DNA of 64,000 nucleotides, from contig OY776215.1 in the NCBI GenBank assembly GCA_963675495.1, positions 1,664,001-1,728,000 of the forward strand, written 5' to 3'. The DNA comes from an uncultured Methanolobus sp. (GTDB taxonomy: Archaea > Halobacteriota > Methanosarcinia > Methanosarcinales > Methanosarcinaceae). The first letter of the stretch is position 1, and every line of letters begins with the position of its first letter. The notes beneath the pieces were generated by a model, which worked only from the letters and a program-made list of their open reading frames with translations, had not been told where the DNA came from and ran no database searches. Of the stretch, positions 41,675 to 51,319 are shown one piece after another. Position numbers and translations under genes: made by a program.

Positions 41675-43609
41675 ATGAGTTACAGCCTTGGCATAGATGC
41701 AGGAGGAACGTACACAGATGCAGTTCTCCTAAGAGATGATGATGAAACCATACTTCAATCCAGCAAAGCATTGACAAGCTACCCTAATCCACTGGAAGGG
41801 ATAAAACAATCTATTGACGGATTAGACCCCATATGTCTCCAAGATGTGAAAGTTGTGTCTGTTTCAACTACACTTTCCACAAACAGCATCCTTGAAGGTA
41901 CCGGCTCCCCCGTTGCCATGATACTTATTGGAAATTATGATATTAAACAAGAACTTCCAACCCAACATTTTTTAAAGGTTAGCGGAGGTCATGACCATAA
42001 TGGTATTGAAACCGATGATCTGGACCTCGAATCTATCAAGGAATTTACATTAAAGGTCAAGGACAAGGTTTCAGCTTTTGCAATATCTTCATACTTTAGT
42101 GTGAGAAATCACGACCATGAACTAAAAGCAAAAGAAATGATAATAGAACTTACAGGCCGTCCTGTAGTCTGCAGCTATGAACTCTCTCAAGATCTCGGAG
42201 CTTTTGAAAGAGCTGTGACAGCATTCCTGAATGCACAATTGATACCTGTAACTGAGAGATTCATGACAACCGTTGAAGCGGAAATAAAATCAAGAGGAAT
42301 TGATGCAAAGATATTCATGCTTAAATGTGATGGATCTGTCATTGGTATCCAGAGTGCCCTCAAAAAACCAATTGAATCCATTTTTTCAGGACCTGCTGGA
42401 AGTCTTGTAGGGGCTTCATTCCTTGCAAAAAGAGAAACATGTGCCGTCATAGATGTAGGAGGTACCAGCACAGATATTTCAGTGATACACAATGGAGTTC
42501 CTGATATGAGTGATTCTGGTGCTGTTGTTGGTGGATGGAAAACCAGGGTCAAAGCCATACGTATGGAAACATCGGCAATGGGAGGAGATAGCCATGTGTG
42601 GGTAAAAGGTAAAGATATCAACATCGGTCCCAGAAGAGTCATCCCTCTGTGCAGAGCTGCTGTACTCTACCCGGATTTCCTTGAACAACTCAAAACAAAT
42701 CCCATCCCTTCAAAGATACGCATGGGTATCAATTATCAGCCGACAAAATTCTACCTGAGAACGGATTATGAGGAACTGGAGGCCAGCAAAGAGGAAAAAG
42801 AAATACTTAATGCTATAAAAAAGAGTCCTACATCAACTACTGAGATATTCAACCGGATAAAAAAATACCCTTCCAGCACCATCTTGGATAGCCTCATACA
42901 GAAAAGACTGTTGCAACCTATAGGTTTCACACTCACTGATGCACTACATGTACTTGGCGAGTACACGGAAAGAAATGTCGAAGCCGCCAATACAGGTGCT
43001 GATATGCTTTCTTCAATTGTAGATATGGATAGGTATGAATTTGCCAGACACATCAAAAAAGAATTTGCAAAAAACATGGCATGTGACCTCATATCATTCT
43101 TCCTTGAAGGAGTGGACAAAAACGAAATAAGGAAGATATTTGATATCCAATCACCTGCAAAGTTCAAAGTAGATGTTCCTATTGTATTAATAGGAGGGCC
43201 TGTAACTGCTTTTGTAGAAGACCTACAAGAAATACTGAATGCAGAAATTATCCTTCCTGAATATTCCAGTGTAGGAAACGCTGCCGGTGCACTAGCTGCA
43301 AAAGGCATCCGAAGATTTGAAGTGCTTATCAGACCTGCTTCAATGGCAGCTCCTGATTGGGAATTCCTTGTGTTCTCTGAAAATGGAAAAAGTAATTTCT
43401 ATGAATATCAGGAAGCTCTTGACTATGCGGTTAGCATGGGGGAGAAGACAGTTCTTAACTATATGAAAGATGCCGGACTTGACTCTAATCACATAAAAAT
43501 AGATGTTAAAAAAGAGGAAATTATTCCATTGGGATGGAAAACACCAATGGAAACAAAGCTTGTAGTGCTTGGGGTTGGTAACAGGAACACTGAACAGGAT
43601 TGTTGTTAA
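41675..43609 (+). CDS. Hydantoinase/oxoprolinase A-family ATPase (paralogue 1)
   Basis: LGIDAGGTYTD, STTLSTN, SGPAGS, IDVGGTSTD, GGDS, GNAAGA. Confidence 0.88.
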   Translation: MSYSLGIDAGGTYTDAVLLRDDDETILQSSKALTSYPNPLEGIKQSIDGLDPICLQDVKVVSVSTTLSTNSILEGTGSPVAMILIGNYDIKQELPTQHFLKVSGGHDHNGIETDDLDLESIKEFTLKVKDKVSAFAISSYFSVRNHDHELKAKEMIIELTGRPVVCSYELSQDLGAFERAVTAFLNAQLIPVTERFMTTVEAEIKSRGIDAKIFMLKCDGSVIGIQSALKKPIESIFSGPAGSLVGASFLAKRETCAVIDVGGTSTDISVIHNGVPDMSDSGAVVGGWKTRVKAIRMETSAMGGDSHVWVKGKDINIGPRRVIPLCRAAVLYPDFLEQLKTNPIPSKIRMGINYQPTKFYLRTDYEELEASKEEKEILNAIKKSPTSTTEIFNRIKKYPSSTILDSLIQKRLLQPIGFTLTDALHVLGEYTERNVEAANTGADMLSSIVDMDRYEFARHIKKEFAKNMACDLISFFLEGVDKNEIRKIFDIQSPAKFKVDVPIVLIGGPVTAFVEDLQEILNAEIILPEYSSVGNAAGALAAKGIRRFEVLIRPASMAAPDWEFLVFSENGKSNFYEYQEALDYAVSMGEKTVLNYMKDAGLDSNHIKIDVKKEEIIPLGWKTPMETKLVVLGVGNRNTEQDCC

Positions 43610-46176
43610 GAGCCTAACTCCTTTGTAATAGAAGAAATGGCTATGAGGACATCCTGTCCTCCCCAATCACTAATTTTAAACTTTGACTTGACTGGAACAA
43701 GGATTCCTTCCTTACTCACCAGAGGAATCTCACAAGTGGATGATTTACCTGACATTATCTCATCTAGATTTGAAAGAACATCATCTTCCCAGTTTTCAGG
43801 ATAGAGCATCAAAAAATCTTTCATTACAAGGTCTTGTTCAGAATATTTCAGATTTTGGACCAAAGCTTCATTTACATGAAGGACTCTCCCCTCGATATCC
43901 ATAATAAATACAATCTCATCAAGGGCGTCAAGCAGGGAATTAAGATTATTTTTGCTTTTCTGGGAACCTGGATCACTTTTCATTCTGGAGATCATGATTC
44001 CTACCTGATTTGCAACTGTTTCTATAAGATTCCTTGAATTTGCCGGTATCTCAAGTTCGGTATGCGAACCAAGGACAATAGCAGCAACCATTTTGTCATT
44101 AAATTTAACAGGTATGAATGCCATTGCCTGTAGCCCTTCAGAATCACGGCCCTCGCCATGCACCATCGTGTTGATCTCAGCGAAATATTTGTATACCGGA
44201 TAACCTGTGGTGAAAAGACGTGCTATTAGTGTGTTCGAACCGAAATGAGATACTGAAGCCACAAATTTTTCAGAAAGATTTCGATAAGCAGCTGCATTGA
44301 AATCACCAGTTACCTGGTCAATCATATAAATGATACCGGAATCTATTGCTTTTGCCTCTAGTGTAAAATCAAGCAGCTTCTCAAATGTTTCCTCAAGACC
44401 TGCGGTTTCCCCCAGAACATTGTCAAGATCACACTCGATACGCATGAAATTATTGGCATGCTTGCGTTCAGTTATATCGACAATAATACCCTGAAGGTAA
44501 TCCACAATACCATTCTCATCGTAGTGAAGCACAGTCCTTTCGTCAACCCATCTCACTTCACCTGCTTTTGTCAATATCCTGTATTCCTGGCTGAAATCAG
44601 AAAAACCTTCCCTTGAAGCTCTTTCTACTTCCGTTCTCACACTTTGAAGGTCAGAAGGATGAATAATATCACCATAAATAATCTTGCCTGAAATAAAATC
44701 TGAAACATCATAGCCAAATTGCTCTATGTTCTCAGAAACAAATTCCACAGGCCAATCCTGTTCAGGCTTCCAGAGAAATACTATTGCAGGGCTTGAACTC
44801 ATGATGGATTCAAGCATCCGACGCATCCTGAGTGCTTCAGAAAGAACATCCTTTGTTTTCTTGTATTGCACAAGTTTCCACATACCTTCCATTAGGAGGG
44901 TTAACTGGCGGGCATCGGATTCATCATAATCCAATATTTTGTTAGCTATCCCGGCAACTGCAACTACCTGATCATTTTCAAATACAGGAATCGTTATGTG
45001 GCGAAAGATTTTTTCATTTATTCCTGGATATATATCATTAACATGTTCGGAATCATAATCCTTATTGACTATAACAGCTTTGCGTTCACGTATAGCTTCG
45101 CCCCAAAAACCTGTAGATCTTACAGGATGCATAAAGGGTTCTTCACCTAAATAAGAATTAAGATCGCTAGGCCACTGATATGTTTCAAGCATATTCTTAT
45201 CTTCATTCAAAAATTCAAGATAACCTATTTTGCTATTGGTAAGCTCTGCAGCATTCTGGATGGCATACTCAGCAATCTCATTCAACGGGGAATCCTGCAT
45301 CTGATGTAGTTTCAAAAGAGCTTCAAGGCGCATCTCATTCAGATGTATGGTTTCCTGGGCTTTTTTGCTGGATGCAACATCTTCCATTATTCCAATGCCC
45401 CCCAACAAAGACCCATCGTCATCCATCACAGGAGAAAAACTTGCTTTGATCATCATTACTTTCCCACTTATACTGGAAACATACTCACCTTCATAGTAGC
45501 TAGGATTTCCCAGGAAAACAACATCGATAGCACTTCGCAAATTTTCATCATTTAACGATGAAAGAACATTGAAACCAATTATCTTCTCCGCAGGTGCACC
45601 AATTACATCCGAACAGCTCTTATTACAGTGGGTAATAATGCCATTTTCGTCAAAATAGAGGAGACCCACAGGAGACCTTTCAATTATTATCTGATATTTT
45701 TGTCCGGTTTCCAGCAGTTGCCTCTCAGTTTTCTCAAGCTCTGTATTATCAATAAGTATACCCTGGAAATGAGTGATGTTTCCTCCTGCATCCCTATTTA
45801 TAAATGACCTTTCGGTCACCCAGCGAACTTCACCTGATTTTGTCAGTATGCGGTAATTAAGAGAAAAATAAGAGGTGTTCTTTTTCTCAGAATGTTTCTT
45901 CACCTCTAGAAGGATCCTGTCAATATCATCAGGATGGACAATATCACCATAAACCAACTTCCCTGTTGTGAAATCTTCAGGCGTATATCCTAGTCGAGTA
46001 ATGTTTCCAGATATAGATTCAACGGGCCATTTACCTTCTGCATTCCAAAGAAAAGAGATAACCGGACTACTATTGTAAACAGCTTCCAGTTTTTTGTCAA
46101 CAGGATCAAGAGCAGACAACTTTGCCCCATACGTTTTATTTTTACCCGAATCTTTAACAACTGAAATATTAATCAC
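43606..46176 (-). CDS. Multi-sensor protein (PAS-PAS-GAF-PAS-GAF-PAS) with no recognisable output domain
   Basis: Two similar WPVE...YGDI.HP.D...YRILTK.GEVRWV PAS repeats, two GAF-like blocks, terminal PAS; ends in TAA with no H-box or HATPase. Confidence 0.8.
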   Translation of the reverse strand: MINISVVKDSGKNKTYGAKLSALDPVDKKLEAVYNSSPVISFLWNAEGKWPVESISGNITRLGYTPEDFTTGKLVYGDIVHPDDIDRILLEVKKHSEKKNTSYFSLNYRILTKSGEVRWVTERSFINRDAGGNITHFQGILIDNTELEKTERQLLETGQKYQIIIERSPVGLLYFDENGIITHCNKSCSDVIGAPAEKIIGFNVLSSLNDENLRSAIDVVFLGNPSYYEGEYVSSISGKVMMIKASFSPVMDDDGSLLGGIGIMEDVASSKKAQETIHLNEMRLEALLKLHQMQDSPLNEIAEYAIQNAAELTNSKIGYLEFLNEDKNMLETYQWPSDLNSYLGEEPFMHPVRSTGFWGEAIRERKAVIVNKDYDSEHVNDIYPGINEKIFRHITIPVFENDQVVAVAGIANKILDYDESDARQLTLLMEGMWKLVQYKKTKDVLSEALRMRRMLESIMSSSPAIVFLWKPEQDWPVEFVSENIEQFGYDVSDFISGKIIYGDIIHPSDLQSVRTEVERASREGFSDFSQEYRILTKAGEVRWVDERTVLHYDENGIVDYLQGIIVDITERKHANNFMRIECDLDNVLGETAGLEETFEKLLDFTLEAKAIDSGIIYMIDQVTGDFNAAAYRNLSEKFVASVSHFGSNTLIARLFTTGYPVYKYFAEINTMVHGEGRDSEGLQAMAFIPVKFNDKMVAAIVLGSHTELEIPANSRNLIETVANQVGIMISRMKSDPGSQKSKNNLNSLLDALDEIVFIMDIEGRVLHVNEALVQNLKYSEQDLVMKDFLMLYPENWEDDVLSNLDEIMSGKSSTCEIPLVSKEGILVPVKSKFKISDWGGQDVLIAISSITKELGS

Positions 46177-46714
46177 TTCCTAAATAGAATCAATAAATTT
46201 GAATAACTTTTTTAATGGAATAAAATTCATAATCTTGTGTAACTTGCTCTAATGTTAGTTATTATTCATATTTTATCATGGGAATCTTGTATTGGTATAT
46301 AATAATACCGGCGAGAGTTTTTAATCAATGGTACATAAGAGTTGTGATTAAAGACAAAAAATGCAACTATTCACTAAAAAAAAGACATATAATGCTTATT
46401 TTCAAATGAAAGTTCATGCACCTACTCACAAAATATATATGCACATTGCTTTAGTTTCAATCCTGAACAAAGCCACACCCAATTTATTAAGTTGTTTTTT
46501 TATGCATATATATCTTTCTTCTTAATTTTAACAACAATGTGTCAGATGAGTAAAGCTATAAACAGCAGCATCAGGTACATTCGTGCTATAAATGAGGTAA
46601 TATACAGGCATATTGTGATGCAAAAATATAAATAGGAGATGTACCATAATAGAAAATAGAGATTAAACAAGTTGCCTTGATTTAAATTGGGTCTATATCC
46701 TGGCAGATAATCTC

Positions 46715-46789
46715 TGTAGAAATTCTACCTCTTTCAATTGCTCCTTTGTTTTACCTCCACTAAAACAGAAAGGAGCAAATATTTCTACA
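46715..46789. promoter_or_regulatory. Nested stem-loop in the leader of the hydantoinase-2/3 operon
   Basis: TTGCTCCTTT-GTTTTA / TAAAAC-AG-AAAGGAGCAA stem, loop CCTCCAC, outer TGTAGAAAT/ATTTCTACA. Confidence 0.55.
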
Positions 46790-46941
46790 AACCAATCCGT
46801 TTTTTGAGGGTTATAAATGACTTTATCAAAAACAAGATGTATTGAAATTTTTAGTTTTATGGGTACCCTACCCTTAAAGACCACATCTACTGTTTTCAAG
46901 AATAATATCCTAAATGCTGAAAGTTCCCTGGAGGGTCTCTG

Positions 46942-48897
46942 ATGCATTACAGTCTTGGAATAGATGCCGGAGGCACCTATACTGATGTTGCGATAATCAG
47001 GGATTCAGATGGGAGCATAGTAAAATCCAACAAATCGCTTACAACTTATCCCGACCTGTTAATAGGTATCAGGAACACTTTGGATCAACTGGACCCTCAC
47101 TATCTTGAAAACGTTCACTATGTATCAGTATCAACTACTCTGGCAACTAACAGCGTTCTGGAGAAAACTGGTTATCCAGTAGGGCTAATCCTTGTTAACG
47201 ATGCAGACATTCCAAACAGAGCAAAGATAGAGAATTTTGTTCTTGTAAAAGGAGGGCACAATAGTGCAGGAAATGAAGTATGCCCCCTTGATATAGATTC
47301 TGTACGGAACTTCGTTCTCAGGATCAAAAATAAAGTTTCTGCTTTTGCAATATCATCATATTTCAGCGTGCGCAATCCTGAACACGAATTGAAGATAAAG
47401 GAACTAATAACCGAACTTACAGGTCTTCCGGTAGTTTGCGGACATGAACTGTCACAGGACCTTGGAGCATACGAAAGAGGTATCACAGCCTACTTGAATG
47501 CTCAATTGATCCCCATAGCCAGCCAGTTCATGGAATCAGTCACTTCTGAGATAAAAAGAAGGAATATAAACGCAAAAATAATGATGCTCAAGTGTGATGG
47601 CTCTGTGGTCGCTATAAATGAAGCCTTGAAAAAACCGATAGAATCAGTGTTTTCAGGACCTGCAGCAAGTCTTGTGGGAGCAGCATATCTTTCAGGAAAT
47701 GAAGATTGCGCCGTCATAGATGTGGGTGGAACAAGTACAGACGTTTCACTGATACATCGTGGAATACCACAACTTAGTGAAGCAGGTGCTGTTGTCGGGG
47801 GCTGGCAGACGAAGGTCAAAGCAATACGTATGGAAACATCTGCAATGGGTGGGGACAGTCATGTGTGGGTGAGGAACCACGTCATCAACATTGGCCCAAG
47901 AAGGGTTATACCACTATGCTTAGCTGCTGTGGAATATCCCGAGATCGTTGAAAAGCTCAAACAAAATCAGGTAATCTTACGTAACCAGATAGGTGAGAAC
48001 CTGCAACCTACTAAGTTCTTCATCAGGTCAGGACTTGAAGCTTCAGATATCAGTTCTGCAGAAGAAGAATTACTATCAAGGATTGGAGATAGGCCACTAA
48101 CTGTCAGTGAAATATACTGGAATGAGAACAGGCTTCCAAATCCAGGAACACTTGACCTGTTGATACAAAAAAGGCTTATCAAGACCATCGGATTTACTCC
48201 CACCGATGCCCTGCATGTTCTTCAAGAATATACGCAGTGGAACAAAGAGGCATCTTTACTTGGAGCAAGTATACTGGCTGCACTTGCCGGAATTGATGAA
48301 GACGAGCTTTGCCTCCAAATAAAAAATGATGTAGCCAGGAATATGGCATTGAATTTAGTATCTTTTTTACTTGAGGGCATAAGTAAAGAAGAGATAGAAA
48401 AGGTCCTTATGGGCAAATTCTTTGCGAGGTTTAAGTCGGAACTGCCTGTTGTTCTGCTTGGGGGACCTGTCGGTGCCTATTCAAAAGAGCTCGCCAGATT
48501 CGTAGATGCACAAATACTTGTACCAGATAATTGTAGTGTGGGAAATGCCGTCGGTGCGGTTGCAGGAAAAGGCTCCAAAAAACTGGAAGTCCTTATAAAA
48601 GCAAATTATACAGAATCAAAATATAATCTGAAAACATCATCTTTTGTAATTTTTTACCCTGGAGGAAGGGAAGAGGTCTCATCGTACCACGAAGCCCTGG
48701 AATTTGGAGAAGAGATCGGACCTAAACTCATTATGAAGTACATGACCGATTCAGGAATGGACAGCGATGGAGTAAACATTGATATGCATCGGAATGATAT
48801 TATTATACACGATGGGGGACTTCCTGTGGAAACAAGACTCAGTTTTTCGGGTACAGGTCAGGCAAGGAAGAATAGGGCAACAATGGAGGTAGATTAA
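46942..48897 (+). CDS. Hydantoinase/oxoprolinase A-family ATPase (paralogue 2)
   Basis: Same motifs as paralogue 1 (GIDAGGTYTD, IDVGGTSTD, GNAVGA). Confidence 0.88.
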   Translation: MHYSLGIDAGGTYTDVAIIRDSDGSIVKSNKSLTTYPDLLIGIRNTLDQLDPHYLENVHYVSVSTTLATNSVLEKTGYPVGLILVNDADIPNRAKIENFVLVKGGHNSAGNEVCPLDIDSVRNFVLRIKNKVSAFAISSYFSVRNPEHELKIKELITELTGLPVVCGHELSQDLGAYERGITAYLNAQLIPIASQFMESVTSEIKRRNINAKIMMLKCDGSVVAINEALKKPIESVFSGPAASLVGAAYLSGNEDCAVIDVGGTSTDVSLIHRGIPQLSEAGAVVGGWQTKVKAIRMETSAMGGDSHVWVRNHVINIGPRRVIPLCLAAVEYPEIVEKLKQNQVILRNQIGENLQPTKFFIRSGLEASDISSAEEELLSRIGDRPLTVSEIYWNENRLPNPGTLDLLIQKRLIKTIGFTPTDALHVLQEYTQWNKEASLLGASILAALAGIDEDELCLQIKNDVARNMALNLVSFLLEGISKEEIEKVLMGKFFARFKSELPVVLLGGPVGAYSKELARFVDAQILVPDNCSVGNAVGAVAGKGSKKLEVLIKANYTESKYNLKTSSFVIFYPGGREEVSSYHEALEFGEEIGPKLIMKYMTDSGMDSDGVNIDMHRNDIIIHDGGLPVETRLSFSGTGQARKNRATMEVD

Positions 48898-50823
48898 ATG
48901 CAATATAGTCTAGGAATCGATGCAGGAGGAACTTATACTGATGCGGTGATAATAAGGAATGAAGACAGAAAAGTTATCGACTCGAACAAGGCACTCACAA
49001 CCTATCCTGATCTGCTGACCGGTATAGAGAATGCTATGGACGGACTGGACAACAAATACCTGAGTGACATTAAACTTGTATCAGTATCCACAACTCTTGC
49101 CACCAATACAATACTTGAGAAAACAGGGTATCCTGTAGCTCTCATCCTTATAGGAAAACACACCCTGCCTGCAAATATGCCTATCACTGACTACGTTGTA
49201 GTAAACGGAGGACACAATGTAGTAGGAACCGAAGACGAAGTGCTTGATATTGAAACTGTAAAAGAATATGCCCTGAAAATGAAAGACAGAGTGTCCGCAT
49301 TTGCTATTTCCTCATATTTCAGTATCCGAAACCCTGAACATGAACTGAAAGTAAAGAACCTTCTTAATGAGCTGACAGGACTCCCGATAGTCTGCGGTCA
49401 TGAGCTGTCGCAAGATCTTGGAGCCTATGAAAGGGGTGTTACTGCATACCTTAATGCACAACTTCTCCCCATAGCGGACCAGTTCATAAATGCTATTATT
49501 ACCGATATTGAAAAAAGAGGGATCGATGCAAAACTAATGATGCTCAAATGTGATGGCTCTGTCATCGGAATCCATGAAGCCATGGAAAGACCAATAGAAT
49601 CAATATTTTCCGGGCCTGCTGCCAGTCTCATGGGTGCATCCTTCCTCTCTAAAAATGATACATGTGCTGTTATTGATGTAGGTGGAACAAGCACCGACGT
49701 TTCACTAAATCACAACGGTCTGCCAGAACTTGTTGATACTGGAGCCGTGGTAGGTGGATGGCATACAAAGGTCAAAGCCATACGTATGGAAACTTCCGCA
49801 ATGGGTGGAGATAGCCACATATGGATAAAGAACCGCAATATCAATATCGGGCCTCGAAGGGTGATACCACTTTGCCTTGCTGCTGTAAAATATCCCGGGT
49901 TCATGGAACAACTCAAATCAGGTAGAACACCTTCAAGGGTTCCACTTGCAGAGAATATCCAGCCCACAAAGTTCTTTGTAAGAACAGGAAAGGAAGCACC
50001 AAAACTTAGTGAATTTGAAAAAAAGCTTCTTGGAACAATTGGCGCAGAACCCGTTTCAATTAATGATATCTTCTGGAATATGAAAACTCCGGTATCTGCA
50101 GACCAGATAGATGCATTGATACAGAAAAGACTTGTCCAGGCCATCGGATTTACCCCCACCGATGTACTGCATGTGCTTGGAGAGTACACAGTATGGAACC
50201 GTGAAGCTTCACTTACAGGTGCAAAGATACTTGCAAGGCTTACATCCATGGATGAAAATGAGCTTTGTGTCCACATCAAAAAAGAAGTAGCTATCAACAT
50301 GGCGCTGGACCTTATGAGTTTCATGTTCAAAGGTGTTGAAAAATCTGAGATCGAGAAAATAATCCGTGGTGAGTTCTTCTCACAGTTCAAAGTGAATGTA
50401 CCGGTGATCTTACTTGGAGGACCTGTTCATGCCTATGTTGAAGAGCTCAACAAGCTGATAGATGCAACTATTATAGTTCCCGAACATGCAGATGTGGGAA
50501 ATGCAGTTGGAGCACTTGTTGGAAAAGGTGTCAAAACCGTAGATGTACTTATTAAGGCATTCTACCAGAAAACGAAGAGGACTATTCTAGTATTCTCTCC
50601 AATGGAAAGAAAGGAGTTCTCACTTTACTCAGAAGCTCTGGAATACGCAACGCAGCGTGGGGAGAAACTAATACACGAATATATGGAAAACTCGGGTATC
50701 AAATCAGAAGACGTAAATATCGAAATCAAGAGAGAAGACATCACAATGATGGAAGAGGGCGGAGCTCCTGTTGAAACAAAGCTCGTGTTCCTTGGAACAG
50801 GAATTCCACAAACGGAAAAATGA
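48898..50823 (+). CDS. Hydantoinase/oxoprolinase A-family ATPase (paralogue 3)
   Basis: Same motifs; ATG directly follows TAA of paralogue 2. Confidence 0.88.
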   Translation: MQYSLGIDAGGTYTDAVIIRNEDRKVIDSNKALTTYPDLLTGIENAMDGLDNKYLSDIKLVSVSTTLATNTILEKTGYPVALILIGKHTLPANMPITDYVVVNGGHNVVGTEDEVLDIETVKEYALKMKDRVSAFAISSYFSIRNPEHELKVKNLLNELTGLPIVCGHELSQDLGAYERGVTAYLNAQLLPIADQFINAIITDIEKRGIDAKLMMLKCDGSVIGIHEAMERPIESIFSGPAASLMGASFLSKNDTCAVIDVGGTSTDVSLNHNGLPELVDTGAVVGGWHTKVKAIRMETSAMGGDSHIWIKNRNINIGPRRVIPLCLAAVKYPGFMEQLKSGRTPSRVPLAENIQPTKFFVRTGKEAPKLSEFEKKLLGTIGAEPVSINDIFWNMKTPVSADQIDALIQKRLVQAIGFTPTDVLHVLGEYTVWNREASLTGAKILARLTSMDENELCVHIKKEVAINMALDLMSFMFKGVEKSEIEKIIRGEFFSQFKVNVPVILLGGPVHAYVEELNKLIDATIIVPEHADVGNAVGALVGKGVKTVDVLIKAFYQKTKRTILVFSPMERKEFSLYSEALEYATQRGEKLIHEYMENSGIKSEDVNIEIKREDITMMEEGGAPVETKLVFLGTGIPQTEK

Positions 50824-50996
50824 AAATACATCAACTTTCATTTTTCCTTTACTATATAATTTGCGTTTAAATGAATGATAAAAATTTATTAAACGGCACC
50901 AAGCAATAAATATCGTATTTTGCACATGCTGGTGTGCGTAATATATAAATAGTATTAATTAACATATGGAAGTGGGTTCAAAACTGCAATCATCAT

Positions 50997-51068
50997 GGAA
51001 ATCAGATCAGGTTGATCGAATGGACTCTAAATCCGTTCAGTCGGGTTAAATTCCCGGGGTTTCCGCCA
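50997..51068 (+). tRNA. pylT: tRNA-Pyl (anticodon CUA, amber-decoding)
   Basis: 72 nt GGAAATC...GGTTTCCGCCA; acceptor stem with one G-U pair, GATC D-stem with 5-nt loop, 6-bp anticodon stem, CTA at 51027-51029, 3-nt variable loop, no TTC in T loop, encoded CCA. Confidence 0.95.
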
Positions 51069-51077
51069 ATCTGTGTT

Positions 51078-51122
51078 TCATTGTGTGAGAAATCACATAA
51101 TGACGAAATCTTTTTTGTTTTC
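51078..51122 (+). terminator. GNRA-capped hairpin plus T-tract after pylT (hairpin duplicated at 52690-52715)
   Basis: TCATTGTGTGA-GAAA-TCACATAATGA followed by TCTTTTTTGTTTTC. Confidence 0.6.
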
Positions 51123-51254
51123 TTTTAATTCCTTATCTTAGATGTTAATTGAATCAACTAAGTCTTAGCACTCATAAATGAATATGATATTTCATTGAAC
51201 TTTTTCAGATACAGTTCTCCACATAAAAACTGAGTGACAAGAGAAATAAAAACA

Positions 51255-51301
51255 TTCTCCGGGAGAAGGCACAATTCATCAGAAGGATTCAGCCCGGAGA
51301 A
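51255..51301. repeat. TCTCCGGG...CCCGGAGA hairpin element (also 52807-52852 and 63449-63498)
   Basis: Three related inverted-repeat elements, each just 3' of a minus-strand stop codon. Confidence 0.65.
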
Positions 51302-51319
51302 ATAAATGACTTTTTTGTA

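Noticed and set aside
46693-46947. 84-aa minus-strand ORF ending in TAG
   Set aside because: No recognisable motif, overlaps the start and structured leader of the plus-strand gene; likely spurious.
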